Origin: an uncultured Acidobacteriota bacterium
Lineage (GTDB): Bacteria; Acidobacteriota; UBA6911
Reading direction: 5' to 3'
Assembly (NCBI GenBank): GCA_963827655.1
Contig: CAWHCF010000050.1
Coordinates: 32,001 to 96,000, forward strand
DNA: 64,000 nt
Positions within the stretch are counted from its first letter, which is position 1. Every line of letters starts with the position of its first letter. Positions 39,891-48,573 of this stretch are shown in pieces. Under the pieces are notes generated by a model. That model was given only the letters and a program-made list of their open reading frames with translations. It was not told the origin of the DNA and did not search any database. Made by a program: the position numbers and the translations under genes.

Positions 39891-42884
39891 ATGAACTGTA
39901 GGTTATCCCCCATTGCCTTAGTGGTGCTCCTGTGTCTAACCCGGGGCGAAGCCCTGAGTGAGGTCGTCGCTGCCAGGCAAAACGCCAAGGTCGGCGACCC
40001 TTACCGGTTCGACGTGTGGACCACCGACAACGGCCTGCCGCAAAACTCGGTGCTGGCGATCCTGCAGACTCGGGATGGCTATCTCTGGTTGGCAACTTCC
40101 GATGGTTTGGTCCGCTTCGACGGGGTGCGGTTCACCGTCTTCAACCGGAGTAATACGAAAGGGCTCAACAGCAACCGCTTCACCGCGCTCTTCGAAGACC
40201 GCCATGGCAACCTGTGGGCCGGGACGGATGATCGCGGGCTCATCCGGTACCGGGACGGGGTGTTTACTCCCTACACGACCGCAGACGGACTGCCGGATTA
40301 CTGGGTCTGGGCGATCCGTGAGGATCAAGACGGGCGACTCCTGGTGTTGACCCAGTATGGCATTGCCCAATGGCAGGGCGCCAGGTTCGGGCCCTTCACT
40401 CCGGCCGAGGGCCTGCCGAGGCACCCTTCTCAATGGGAGCAGCGATTTGCGGGCCTCTCTTTTTACGACGCGGCCGGGGTCCACCACTTCCAGGGGGCGG
40501 GCTACCGGACCTATACCATGAAGGATGGTCTGTCGAGCCTTGACATCTTGTCGATCTATGAAGACCGCCACGGCGCCCTCTGGGTTGATACCGCACGGGC
40601 AGGCCTGAACAGGTTGAAGGACGGCGTGGTTACCGTCTATCAGACTCAGGGCCAACTTAAGAATGCGAGGGCAGTCTGTGAAGACCACAGCGGCGGCTTG
40701 TGGATCGTCGCCGATGACGGCCTGAGCCGCCTGAAAGACGGCCAACTCACGTCGTACGGCGCGGCTGCCGGGCTCACCAGTAAAGGTGTGATCACCGTCT
40801 ATGTTGACCGGGAGGGGGTTGCATGGCTGGGCACTAAAAGTGACGGCCTCTACCGGGCACGGAGCGTGGCCGTCACCGCGTATTCCAGGCAAGACGGCCT
40901 CGCTGGAAACAATGTCTACGCTATTCACGAGGACCGCGCGGGCGCCATCTGGATTGGCACCTGGGATGGCGGCCTGAGCCGGTACAAGGACGGCGCTTTC
41001 TCCCATTACACCACGAAGGACGGGCTTTCCAGCGACTTGATCAACGCCCTCTACGAGGATCGTGAAGGGGCACTGTGGGTTGGTACTCACGACCAGGGGG
41101 TGAACCGGCTTGACAAAGGCCGCTTCACCACCTTTAACAAGCGCGACGGCCTTACGGATAACACCATTCTGGCTATCTACCAGGACCGCGCCGGGAACCT
41201 CTGGTTCGGCACGCCGAGCGGCCTGAACAGATATAAGGACGGGTCGTTCACCGTCTACTCGACCGCCGACGGTCTGGTCCACCGGAAGGTACAAGCCATC
41301 CACGAGGACCGCGCCGGCAACCTCTGGCTCGGCACGCTGGGCGGCCTCAGCCGCCTGCGCGACGGCAAGTTCACCTCCTATACGGAGCAAGACGGCCTCT
41401 CGAGTAATCACGTCCGGTCGATCTACGAGGACAGCGACGGCACGCTCTGGGTTGGCACTTATGACGGCGGTCTGAACCGGCTCAAGGACGGGAGGATTAC
41501 CGCCTACACCGTCAGGGAAGGCCTCTTCAACAACGGCGTCTTTCAGATCCTGGAAGACAACCGCGGAAACCTCTGGATGAGTTGCAACCAGGGCATCTAC
41601 CGGGTCAGCAAAAAAGAGTTGAATGATTTCGCCGCGGGGCGAACACGGTCCATCATCTCTGTAGCCTACGGCAAGAGCGACGGCATGCTCAACTCCGAGT
41701 GTAATGGCGGCCGCCAGCCGGCAGGGGTGAAGGCGCGGGATGGCCGGCTCTGGTTCCCCACTCAGGCGGGGGTGGCTGTGGTCGACCCCGAGGCGGCGTC
41801 GATGAGCACCCAGCCGCCACCCGTGGTGATCGAACAGTTCATCCTGGACAAGGAGCCGGTCGCGCTGGAACGCGAAGTGCGGATCCTCCCGCGCAAGGAG
41901 AATCTCGAGATTCATTACACCGGGCTGAGCCTGATCAGGCCGGAGCATATCAGGTTCAAATACAAGCTGGAGGGCCTGGACCACGATTGGGTCGAGGCCG
42001 GTCACCGTCGCACCGCCTATTACTCGCATGTCCCGCCGGGCCAGTACACCTTTACCGTGATCGCCGCCAACAGCGACGGCGTGTGGAACATCGAAGGGCC
42101 CCGCATTCCGATCGTGGTGGTCCCGCCCTTCTGGCACACCTGGTGGTTTCGCTCGCTGGCACTGGTGGGGCTGGCCGGCGTCGTGGTTCTGGCGCACCGG
42201 CGGCGAGTCGCGCAACTGAAGCGGGCTCATGCGGCGCAGGAGGCGTTCTCGCGGCAGTTGATCGAGTCGCAGGAGCGCGAGCGCCAAAGGATCGCGGCGG
42301 AACTGCACGACAGCCTGAGCCAGAGTATGGTCATCATCAAGAACCGGGCCGTGCTGAGCTTGAGCGCGCCCGACGATCACCAGCGGGCCTTCGAGCAGCT
42401 GGACGAAATCGCGGGAGCGGCCAGCCACGCCATCGACGAGGTGAAAGAGATCGCATACGCGTTGCGCCCTTACCACCTGGACCGGCTCGGCCTGACCAAG
42501 GCCATTGAAGCCATGCTCAAGAAGGTCTCTGACGCGAACGGGGTGAGCTTCTCGGCTGACATCGACCCGATCGACGGGCTCTTTCCTCCTGAAGCCGAGA
42601 TCAACCTCTATCGCATCCTGCAGGAGGGGGTCAACAACGTCGTCAAGCACGCCCAGGCCACGGAGGCGAAGGTGACGATCAAGAAGTCGGCGCACGGGGT
42701 GGATTTGACCATTCAGGATAACGGCCGCGGGTTCACGCCGGGCGTGCCGGCGAGTGCCGAGGCCGGCCGTGGCGGCTTCGGCCTGATCAGCATCGCGGAG
42801 CGCGCCCGCCTCCTCGGGGGGCAGCCGGTGATCCAGTCCGTGCCAGGGGCGGGCACGACGATTTCGGTCAGGCTTGGTTTCTAG
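39891..42884 (+). CDS. Sensor histidine kinase (Reg_prop propellers, Y_Y_Y, TM, HisKA_3, HATPase)
   Basis: Repeated GL..N.V.AI.ED..G.LW.GT..GL; YKLEG.D..W...AYY...PPG.Y.F; ERQRIAAELHD; QEGVNNVVKHA, DNGRGF, GFGL and GAGT. Confidence 0.95.
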   Translation: MNCRLSPIALVVLLCLTRGEALSEVVAARQNAKVGDPYRFDVWTTDNGLPQNSVLAILQTRDGYLWLATSDGLVRFDGVRFTVFNRSNTKGLNSNRFTALFEDRHGNLWAGTDDRGLIRYRDGVFTPYTTADGLPDYWVWAIREDQDGRLLVLTQYGIAQWQGARFGPFTPAEGLPRHPSQWEQRFAGLSFYDAAGVHHFQGAGYRTYTMKDGLSSLDILSIYEDRHGALWVDTARAGLNRLKDGVVTVYQTQGQLKNARAVCEDHSGGLWIVADDGLSRLKDGQLTSYGAAAGLTSKGVITVYVDREGVAWLGTKSDGLYRARSVAVTAYSRQDGLAGNNVYAIHEDRAGAIWIGTWDGGLSRYKDGAFSHYTTKDGLSSDLINALYEDREGALWVGTHDQGVNRLDKGRFTTFNKRDGLTDNTILAIYQDRAGNLWFGTPSGLNRYKDGSFTVYSTADGLVHRKVQAIHEDRAGNLWLGTLGGLSRLRDGKFTSYTEQDGLSSNHVRSIYEDSDGTLWVGTYDGGLNRLKDGRITAYTVREGLFNNGVFQILEDNRGNLWMSCNQGIYRVSKKELNDFAAGRTRSIISVAYGKSDGMLNSECNGGRQPAGVKARDGRLWFPTQAGVAVVDPEAASMSTQPPPVVIEQFILDKEPVALEREVRILPRKENLEIHYTGLSLIRPEHIRFKYKLEGLDHDWVEAGHRRTAYYSHVPPGQYTFTVIAANSDGVWNIEGPRIPIVVVPPFWHTWWFRSLALVGLAGVVVLAHRRRVAQLKRAHAAQEAFSRQLIESQERERQRIAAELHDSLSQSMVIIKNRAVLSLSAPDDHQRAFEQLDEIAGAASHAIDEVKEIAYALRPYHLDRLGLTKAIEAMLKKVSDANGVSFSADIDPIDGLFPPEAEINLYRILQEGVNNVVKHAQATEAKVTIKKSAHGVDLTIQDNGRGFTPGVPASAEAGRGGFGLISIAERARLLGGQPVIQSVPGAGTTISVRLGF

Positions 42885-42894
42885 GGGGACTGAG

Positions 42895-43548
42895 ATGGAA
42901 GGTGAAATCCGGATCCTGATTGCCGACGACCATCCGATCGTCCGCCAGGGTTTGCGCCACACGATCGGTCTCGACCCTCGCTTGAAGGTGGTGGCCGAGG
43001 CCAGCGACGGTCGCGCCGCGCTCGAGCAGATCCGGACGCTCCAGCCGGAGATTGCTGTCCTTGATATTAATATGCCGCAACTCGACGGCTTCGCCGTGGC
43101 CCGCGCCGTCCGGGAGCAGCGGCTCCCGGTCAAGATTATTTTCCTGACCGTCTACCGCGAGGAGACCTTCTTCGACGAGGCCCTGGACCTGGGCGCGAAG
43201 GGCTACGTCCTCAAGGACAGCGCCGTCGCCGAAATCGCCGGCAGCATCAGGGCGGTGGCCGCCGGAGATTACTACGCCAGCCCGGCCATGACGTCCTACC
43301 TGATCAAGCGGAGCGCGCCCGGCGCCGGGCGCGGCCCGCAGAAGCCCGGGCTCGACGACCTGACCCCGACCGAGCGGCGCATTCTCAAGCTGATCGCCGA
43401 ATACAAGACCAGCCGGGAGATCGCCGAGGCACTCTTCATCAGCTACCGCACGGTTCAGACGCACCGCGCCAACATCTGCACCAAGCTGGAGATCCAGGGC
43501 AACCACGCCCTGATGAAATTCGCCCTCGACCACAAGTCCCAACTCTGA
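42895..43548 (+). CDS. NarL/LuxR family response regulator
   Basis: ILIADDHPIVRQG, LDINMP..DG, GYVLK and LTPTERRILKLI...IAE.LFIS.RTV.THR.NI..KL. Confidence 0.95.
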   Translation: MEGEIRILIADDHPIVRQGLRHTIGLDPRLKVVAEASDGRAALEQIRTLQPEIAVLDINMPQLDGFAVARAVREQRLPVKIIFLTVYREETFFDEALDLGAKGYVLKDSAVAEIAGSIRAVAAGDYYASPAMTSYLIKRSAPGAGRGPQKPGLDDLTPTERRILKLIAEYKTSREIAEALFISYRTVQTHRANICTKLEIQGNHALMKFALDHKSQL

Positions 43549-43625
43549 TCGACTTCGAAAATCACTACAAGCGTTTGAACAATTACCGACGAAGACACGC
43601 TGCTTCGCCACGCCGACTAAGCACA

Positions 43626-43671
43626 AGTGCGTAGCAAAAATACGCACTCCCGCCTAGCCGAAAATACGCAC
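43626..43671. promoter_or_regulatory. Candidate response-regulator binding site
   Basis: Perfect inverted repeat AGTGCGTA-N7-TACGCACT plus an extra half-site AAAATACGCAC about 20 bp downstream. Confidence 0.6.
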
Positions 43672-43774
43672 AAGGCTCGATACCCAAGCCCGGCGCGCCT
43701 GGGCATACTGCACCGGTTCTGAGCGGTTTGGCTCATCCGAAGACACATGCCAATGAAGTGAAAGGAGCACAGAG

Positions 43775-44821
43775 ATGAGAAAAGATAACCTGAGAAGGAA
43801 AGGCTTGAAGAACGCGCTGCTGCTGGCGGCGGTAATCGGTTTATCGGTCACTGCCGGCGCGGCCCAAGGACCGCCCGGACCTCCGGGACCTCCGGGACCC
43901 CAAGGACCTCCAGGGCCCCCAGGTGGGCGTCTCGACCCTCTACTGGTCGCGACTCTGCGCTGGGATCAGGCGCCCTTGGCCTACGGAGACTTCGCCGTGG
44001 GCGATCCCAAAACTGGGCAGCCCAACCCATCTGGGGTCGCCTTCGATGGGACGAACGTCTGGGTGACGAACTCTTTGAACAATACCGTGACCAAGCTGCG
44101 GGCCAGCGACGGCCAGCAGCTCGGGACCTTCGCCGTGGGCGGCTCGCCAAATGGGGTGGCCTTCGATGGCAAGAACGTCTGGGTGACAAACAGTGGCAGG
44201 GACACCGTGACCAGGCTGCAGGCCAGCGACGGCCAGCAGCTCGGGACCTTCGGCGTAGGGGCGCTCCCCTCTGCTGTTGCCTTTGACGGTGCGAACGTCT
44301 GGGTTGCCTGTCTCGGCGGTGTGGCCAAGCTGCGCGCCAGCGACGGCCAGCAGCTCGGGATCTTCGCTATAGACCCGACGTCTGCCAACCTTGGGGTGGC
44401 CTTTGATGGCGTGAATGTCTGGGTGACGACCATTTACAGCAACACTGTGACCAAGCTGCGCGCCAGCGACGGCACATTCCTCGGCACCTTCCCTGTAGGG
44501 ATCAGGCCTCATGGGGTGGCGTTTGACGGGACCAGCGTCTGGGTGGTGAACCAGGGCAGCAGCACCGTGACCAAGCTGCGCGCCAGCGACGGCGCATTGC
44601 TCGGCACCTTCCCTGTAGCGACCTTTCCTTATGGGGTGGCATTTGACGGAGCCAATGTCTGGGTGACGAGCCACGGCAGCAATAGGGTGATCAAGCTGCG
44701 GGCCAGCGACGGCCAGCACCTGGAGACCATCCCGGTGGGCATGGGACCACTTGGAGTGGCCTTTGACGGCACGAGCATCTGGGTGGCCAACTATAGCGGT
44801 CAGACAGTTTCAAAGCGGTAG
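43775..44821 (+). CDS. Secreted YncE-like beta-propeller with a short collagen-like (Gly-Pro-Pro) linker
   Basis: Signal peptide; GPP/GPQ repeats; seven P.GVAFDG.NVWV.N....VTKLRASDG..LGTF.VG blades; AAGGAG RBS. Confidence 0.9.
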   Translation: MRKDNLRRKGLKNALLLAAVIGLSVTAGAAQGPPGPPGPPGPQGPPGPPGGRLDPLLVATLRWDQAPLAYGDFAVGDPKTGQPNPSGVAFDGTNVWVTNSLNNTVTKLRASDGQQLGTFAVGGSPNGVAFDGKNVWVTNSGRDTVTRLQASDGQQLGTFGVGALPSAVAFDGANVWVACLGGVAKLRASDGQQLGIFAIDPTSANLGVAFDGVNVWVTTIYSNTVTKLRASDGTFLGTFPVGIRPHGVAFDGTSVWVVNQGSSTVTKLRASDGALLGTFPVATFPYGVAFDGANVWVTSHGSNRVIKLRASDGQHLETIPVGMGPLGVAFDGTSIWVANYSGQTVSKR

Positions 44822-44845
44822 CAGTCATCAAATGAACAGGCTGCC

Positions 44846-44886
44846 CCGCCCCGGGTTTTGGCGCCGGTTATCCCGGGGCGGCATTT
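44846..44886 (+). terminator. Possible intrinsic terminator
   Basis: CCGCCCCGGG...CCCGGGGCGG stem followed by cattt, 25 bp after the stop. Long loop and weak U-tract. Confidence 0.35.
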
Positions 44887-45171
44887 CGAAAGGGACTCAG
44901 GACCGCCGGCCGTAACTCGCGGCCGGCTGACCTGACGCAAGGGAAGAATCGCGCGAAGCCTGCCTTCCTGGAATTCTGATTACTGGACGCTTCACCGACT
45001 CCCATCTGCAGTAGCGAAGGTCCTCAAGAGCTTCCCAGCCTCTGAATTGGGCTTTTGTGCCAAGAATGCTGGACGATCGGTCAAGTATTCAAGGCCTTGC
45101 CAGCCGTCTATTAGGGTGGATCGCGACGAGCACGATCCAGAGACAGGTGAATCTAATTAAGGAGAAAACGC

Positions 45172-45268
45172 ATGCCGCTGTATATGGATACTCACCAGCA
45201 TATCGAAGGGCTAACCGCAGATGCCGTAGCCCACGCCCATGAAGCCGACCTGAAGACGCAGGAGAATT
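45172..45268 (+). pseudogene. 5' third of a DUF4242 (SCO4226-like) gene
   Basis: TAAGGAG RBS then MPLYMDTH...GLTADAVAHAHEADLKTQE. Similarity stops abruptly. Confidence 0.75.
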
Positions 45269-45522
45269 GGCCGTCTGTTCAGAAAACCACATGGTTCTCC
45301 CAACCCAACGAGGATCGGCGAGGTCCGGAAACACGGATTCACCCTGCCGGCGGAGCTGGCTGACGCCTACGGAATCCCGACGGGAAGGATCGATCCGGGG
45401 CGTGGCGGCGCGGTTTGGGGAAAGAGAACCACGCCCATATCAGGGCGTGGGAATACAATCAGAATGCTTGCAGGATGACAGTATAATTCCGCTTGAAGCA
45501 AAGACTTCGGAAGGGGGCGACA

Positions 45523-47980
45523 GTGAATGAGGATCTTCGGCGTCTAGTGCACGACAGACTCAGTTCGAAAGGACTGTTGCAGAAGAATTGGAGCAGTCTT
45601 GTTCTCGCCGCGTGCGAGAGTCGTGAAGCGATCGACAATCTCCTCGATGACGCAAAAGCGGCGACGAAATCTGCCGCACCATCGGCACCACAAACACATA
45701 CCGGCGCCTATCTGACTTCTCTGACGGTTCAGGGCTTCCGAGGCATTGGACCGAAACAGACTCTATCATTTGCCACCGGTCCCGGCTTGACGATCGTCGT
45801 CGGTCGCAATGGATCCGGCAAATCGAGTTTTGCGGAGGCGTTGGAGGTGCTATTCACACGCGACAGCAAGCGGTGGTCCGAGCGACCGAAGATCTGGAAG
45901 GATGGCTGGCGCAATCTTCATCACTCGCATGCCGCCGCCGTCGAAGCAGAAGTGCACCTGGAAGGGCAGGGGTCCGCCAAAGTCACTTGTGCCTGGGATG
46001 ATGGCGCTCCATTCGAAGCGCAGAAGGTCACAGTGCAGCCGAAGGGGAAACCCAAAACCTCCATGGAGGCCCTTGGTTGGCAAAACGCCCTCACATCCTA
46101 CCGTCCCTTTCTCTCTTACAACGAGCTAGCCTCGATGCTGGACGAAGGACCGTCCAAGCTGTACGACGCCCTCTCGCTGGTGCTGGGCCTCGCGGATCTT
46201 GTTGATGCGCAAGCCGCTCTCGCGAAATGCCGCCTTGAACGCACAAAGGCTTACGACGTGGCCAATCGAGACCGGGAAGCGCTCGTGGAAGGCCTCAAAG
46301 CACTGCTGGAGCAGGAAGCCGATGACCGGGCGTCGGCCTGCCTCGATGCCCTGACATCCAAATCCGTGGGGACTCGACACGCTTGAGCGCAATGTTATGA
46401 CCGGTCCTGAGCCAACGGCGGATCAGGATATCGCCATCCTGATGCGCACCCTTTCTCTGGAGTCTCCCGATCCCGATCGCGTGATTGCAGCCGTCGCTGC
46501 GCTTCGTCTGGCTGACCAGAAGCTGAAGGCCGTGGCCGGCACCGACGCCGAAACCTCGCGCAAGCTCGCACTGCTGTTGGAGGCCTCGCTCGCGTTTCAC
46601 GCCGATCACGGAGACGGGGATTGTCCGGTGTGTGGAAGTGAAGGGCGGCTGACACAGACGTGGGCCAAGGCAGCGCGTGACCAGGTCACACGCCTTCGCA
46701 GCCTTGCTTCGGAGAGCGATCAAGCCCATCGATCCGCTCAAGATGCCACACGAACGGCGCGAGAATTGCTCGCCGCGCCACCAAAGTTCCTGACGCAATT
46801 AGTTGAAATCGGCCTCGCGGGACTGGACGTCGCTCGTGAACAATGGGATGCCTGGCATGCGGGTTCGTCCGGGAACGACCTGGCTGCTCTGGCTGCCCAT
46901 CTCGAAGGGCTTCATGAAGTCCTGGCGCGAGCAATCGAGGCGCTTAAGAGGTCAGCAGCCGCGGAACTGCGGCGCCGCGAGGATCGGTGGCGGCCCACTG
47001 CGACGGCAATTTCCGGATGGATCAAGACCGCTCGACTCGCGCGTGCCGGAGCCGAGCCTCTTCCCCGGATCAGGGCGGCTGAAGAGTGGCTGAAGGACGT
47101 CTCTGCGGATATTCGGAACGAACGCTTCGCGCCCATCGCGGACAAAGCCATGACCACCTGGGAACACCTTCGGCAGCACAGCAACGTGACCCTGGGACGA
47201 ATCGAGCTCGCGGGCGCCGGGAACCAGCGGCGGGTGACGCTCGACGTGACGGTCGAAGGTGTGCGAGGCGCGGCGCTTGGTGTGATGAGTCAGGGCGAGT
47301 TGCATTCGTTGGCGCTGAGCTTATTCCTCCCGAGAGCCACCTTGCCAGAGAGCCCTTTTCGTTTCGTGGTGATCGACGATCCGGTGCAGTCGATGGATCC
47401 GAGTCGTGTGGATGGTCTCGCCAGAGCGTTCGAGGAGACGGCGCGCACACGGCAGGTAATCGTCTTCACGCACGACGATCGACTGACTGAGGCCGTTCGA
47501 CGGTTGAGGATCAAGAGCACGATCCTCAGCGTCACTCGCCGGCCGAAGTCCGTAGTTGAAGTCAGACCCGCTCTTGATCCCGTCCAGGCTCACATCGAAG
47601 ATGCGCTGGCTTTAGTTCACACGACCGAACTGCCGCCTAAAATCTTGTGCATGGTCGTGCCAGGGTATTGTCGGGCCGCACTCGAAGCGTCGTTCATCAC
47701 CGTAGTCCGTCGGCGACGGCTGGCTCAGGGTGGCCTCCATGCCGAAGTCGAGGAAGAACTGACGCGGGCGGGAAAACTGACGCCGCTTGCCGCGCTGGCG
47801 CTGTTCGACGACAAGGACAAAGGCGGTGACGTGATGAGACGGCTGAAGCAGTTTGGTTCGTGGGCGGCCGATGTCTTCCAGAACGTGAAGGAAGCTGTAC
47901 ACGAAGGTACGCCAGACGATGTAAAGCAGATGATCCGGAATACAGAGAAACTCACGGCGAAGATACTGGAACTCGGGTGA
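45523..47980 (+). CDS. Rad50/SbcC/RloC-like ABC-ATPase with zinc hook and C-terminal helical domain (frameshift near 46370)
   Basis: L.V.GFRG, Walker A GRNGSGKSS, coiled coils, CPVC hook, signature MSQGE, Walker B/D-loop VVIDDPVQSMD, H-loop FTHD. Confidence 0.88.
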
Positions 47981-48348
47981 ACGTCGACCATTCTGATTTG
48001 GTGAGGGCTGCGCGAGATCTGGTCGAGCGCGCCGATCCCATGACGGCAGGAATCTGGCCGCGCGCGACAGCGTTTCTCGCGAGGCAAGCCCTGGAAGCAG
48101 CCCTGGACGAACTCTGGCGCCGCCGCGCTCCGGGCATGGAGGAATGCTCCGCGCGTGCGCAGCTGCTCTGTCTCCCGTCGTATCTTCATCACGGCGATGA
48201 AGCGCTTGCCGAGCGAGTGTCATACGCGTGGGCTGGACTCAGCCGAGCCTGTCACCAGCATGCCTATGAATTGCCTCCGACATCGTCCGAGTTGCTCGGT
48301 TGGATTGCGACCGTCGAACAACTGATTGCGCGCGTCACGGCCGCGTGA
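47977..48348 (+). CDS. Small HEPN-like protein translationally coupled to the ATPase
   Basis: GTGA overlap with the ATPase stop; 123 aa, helical; LARQALE near the N-terminus and RACHQH (RX4H) near the C-terminus. Confidence 0.75.
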   Translation: MNVDHSDLVRAARDLVERADPMTAGIWPRATAFLARQALEAALDELWRRRAPGMEECSARAQLLCLPSYLHHGDEALAERVSYAWAGLSRACHQHAYELPPTSSELLGWIATVEQLIARVTAA

Positions 48349-48458
48349 GTGTCCCGACTCGGTTGGGATAACAGCAGGATGTCTTCCACCTCCCGGCGGG
48401 GATTGAAGACGTTCCTCGTCGCACACTGCGGTAGCAGCACCGTGGGTCATTGGAGCAG

Positions 48459-48507
48459 GTGTCTTTGAGTCTCGGAGATAGCTCTAACCACGAAGACACG
48501 AAGACAA
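48459..48507. repeat. Degenerate 8-mer REP-like element
   Basis: gtgtctttgagtct...taaccacgaagacacgaagac. Confidence 0.6.
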
Positions 48508-48573
48508 ACAAATTGATGGACTTGATGCTTCCCGAGAACTAGCATGATTTTTTACAAATCAAGGGAGCCAACC

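Noticed and set aside
39936-43133. 1065 aa minus-strand ORF and other long antisense ORFs (e.g. 21099-22298, 61162-62682, 62797-63933)
   Set aside because: Shadow ORFs opposite well-supported GC-rich genes, with no recognisable motifs.
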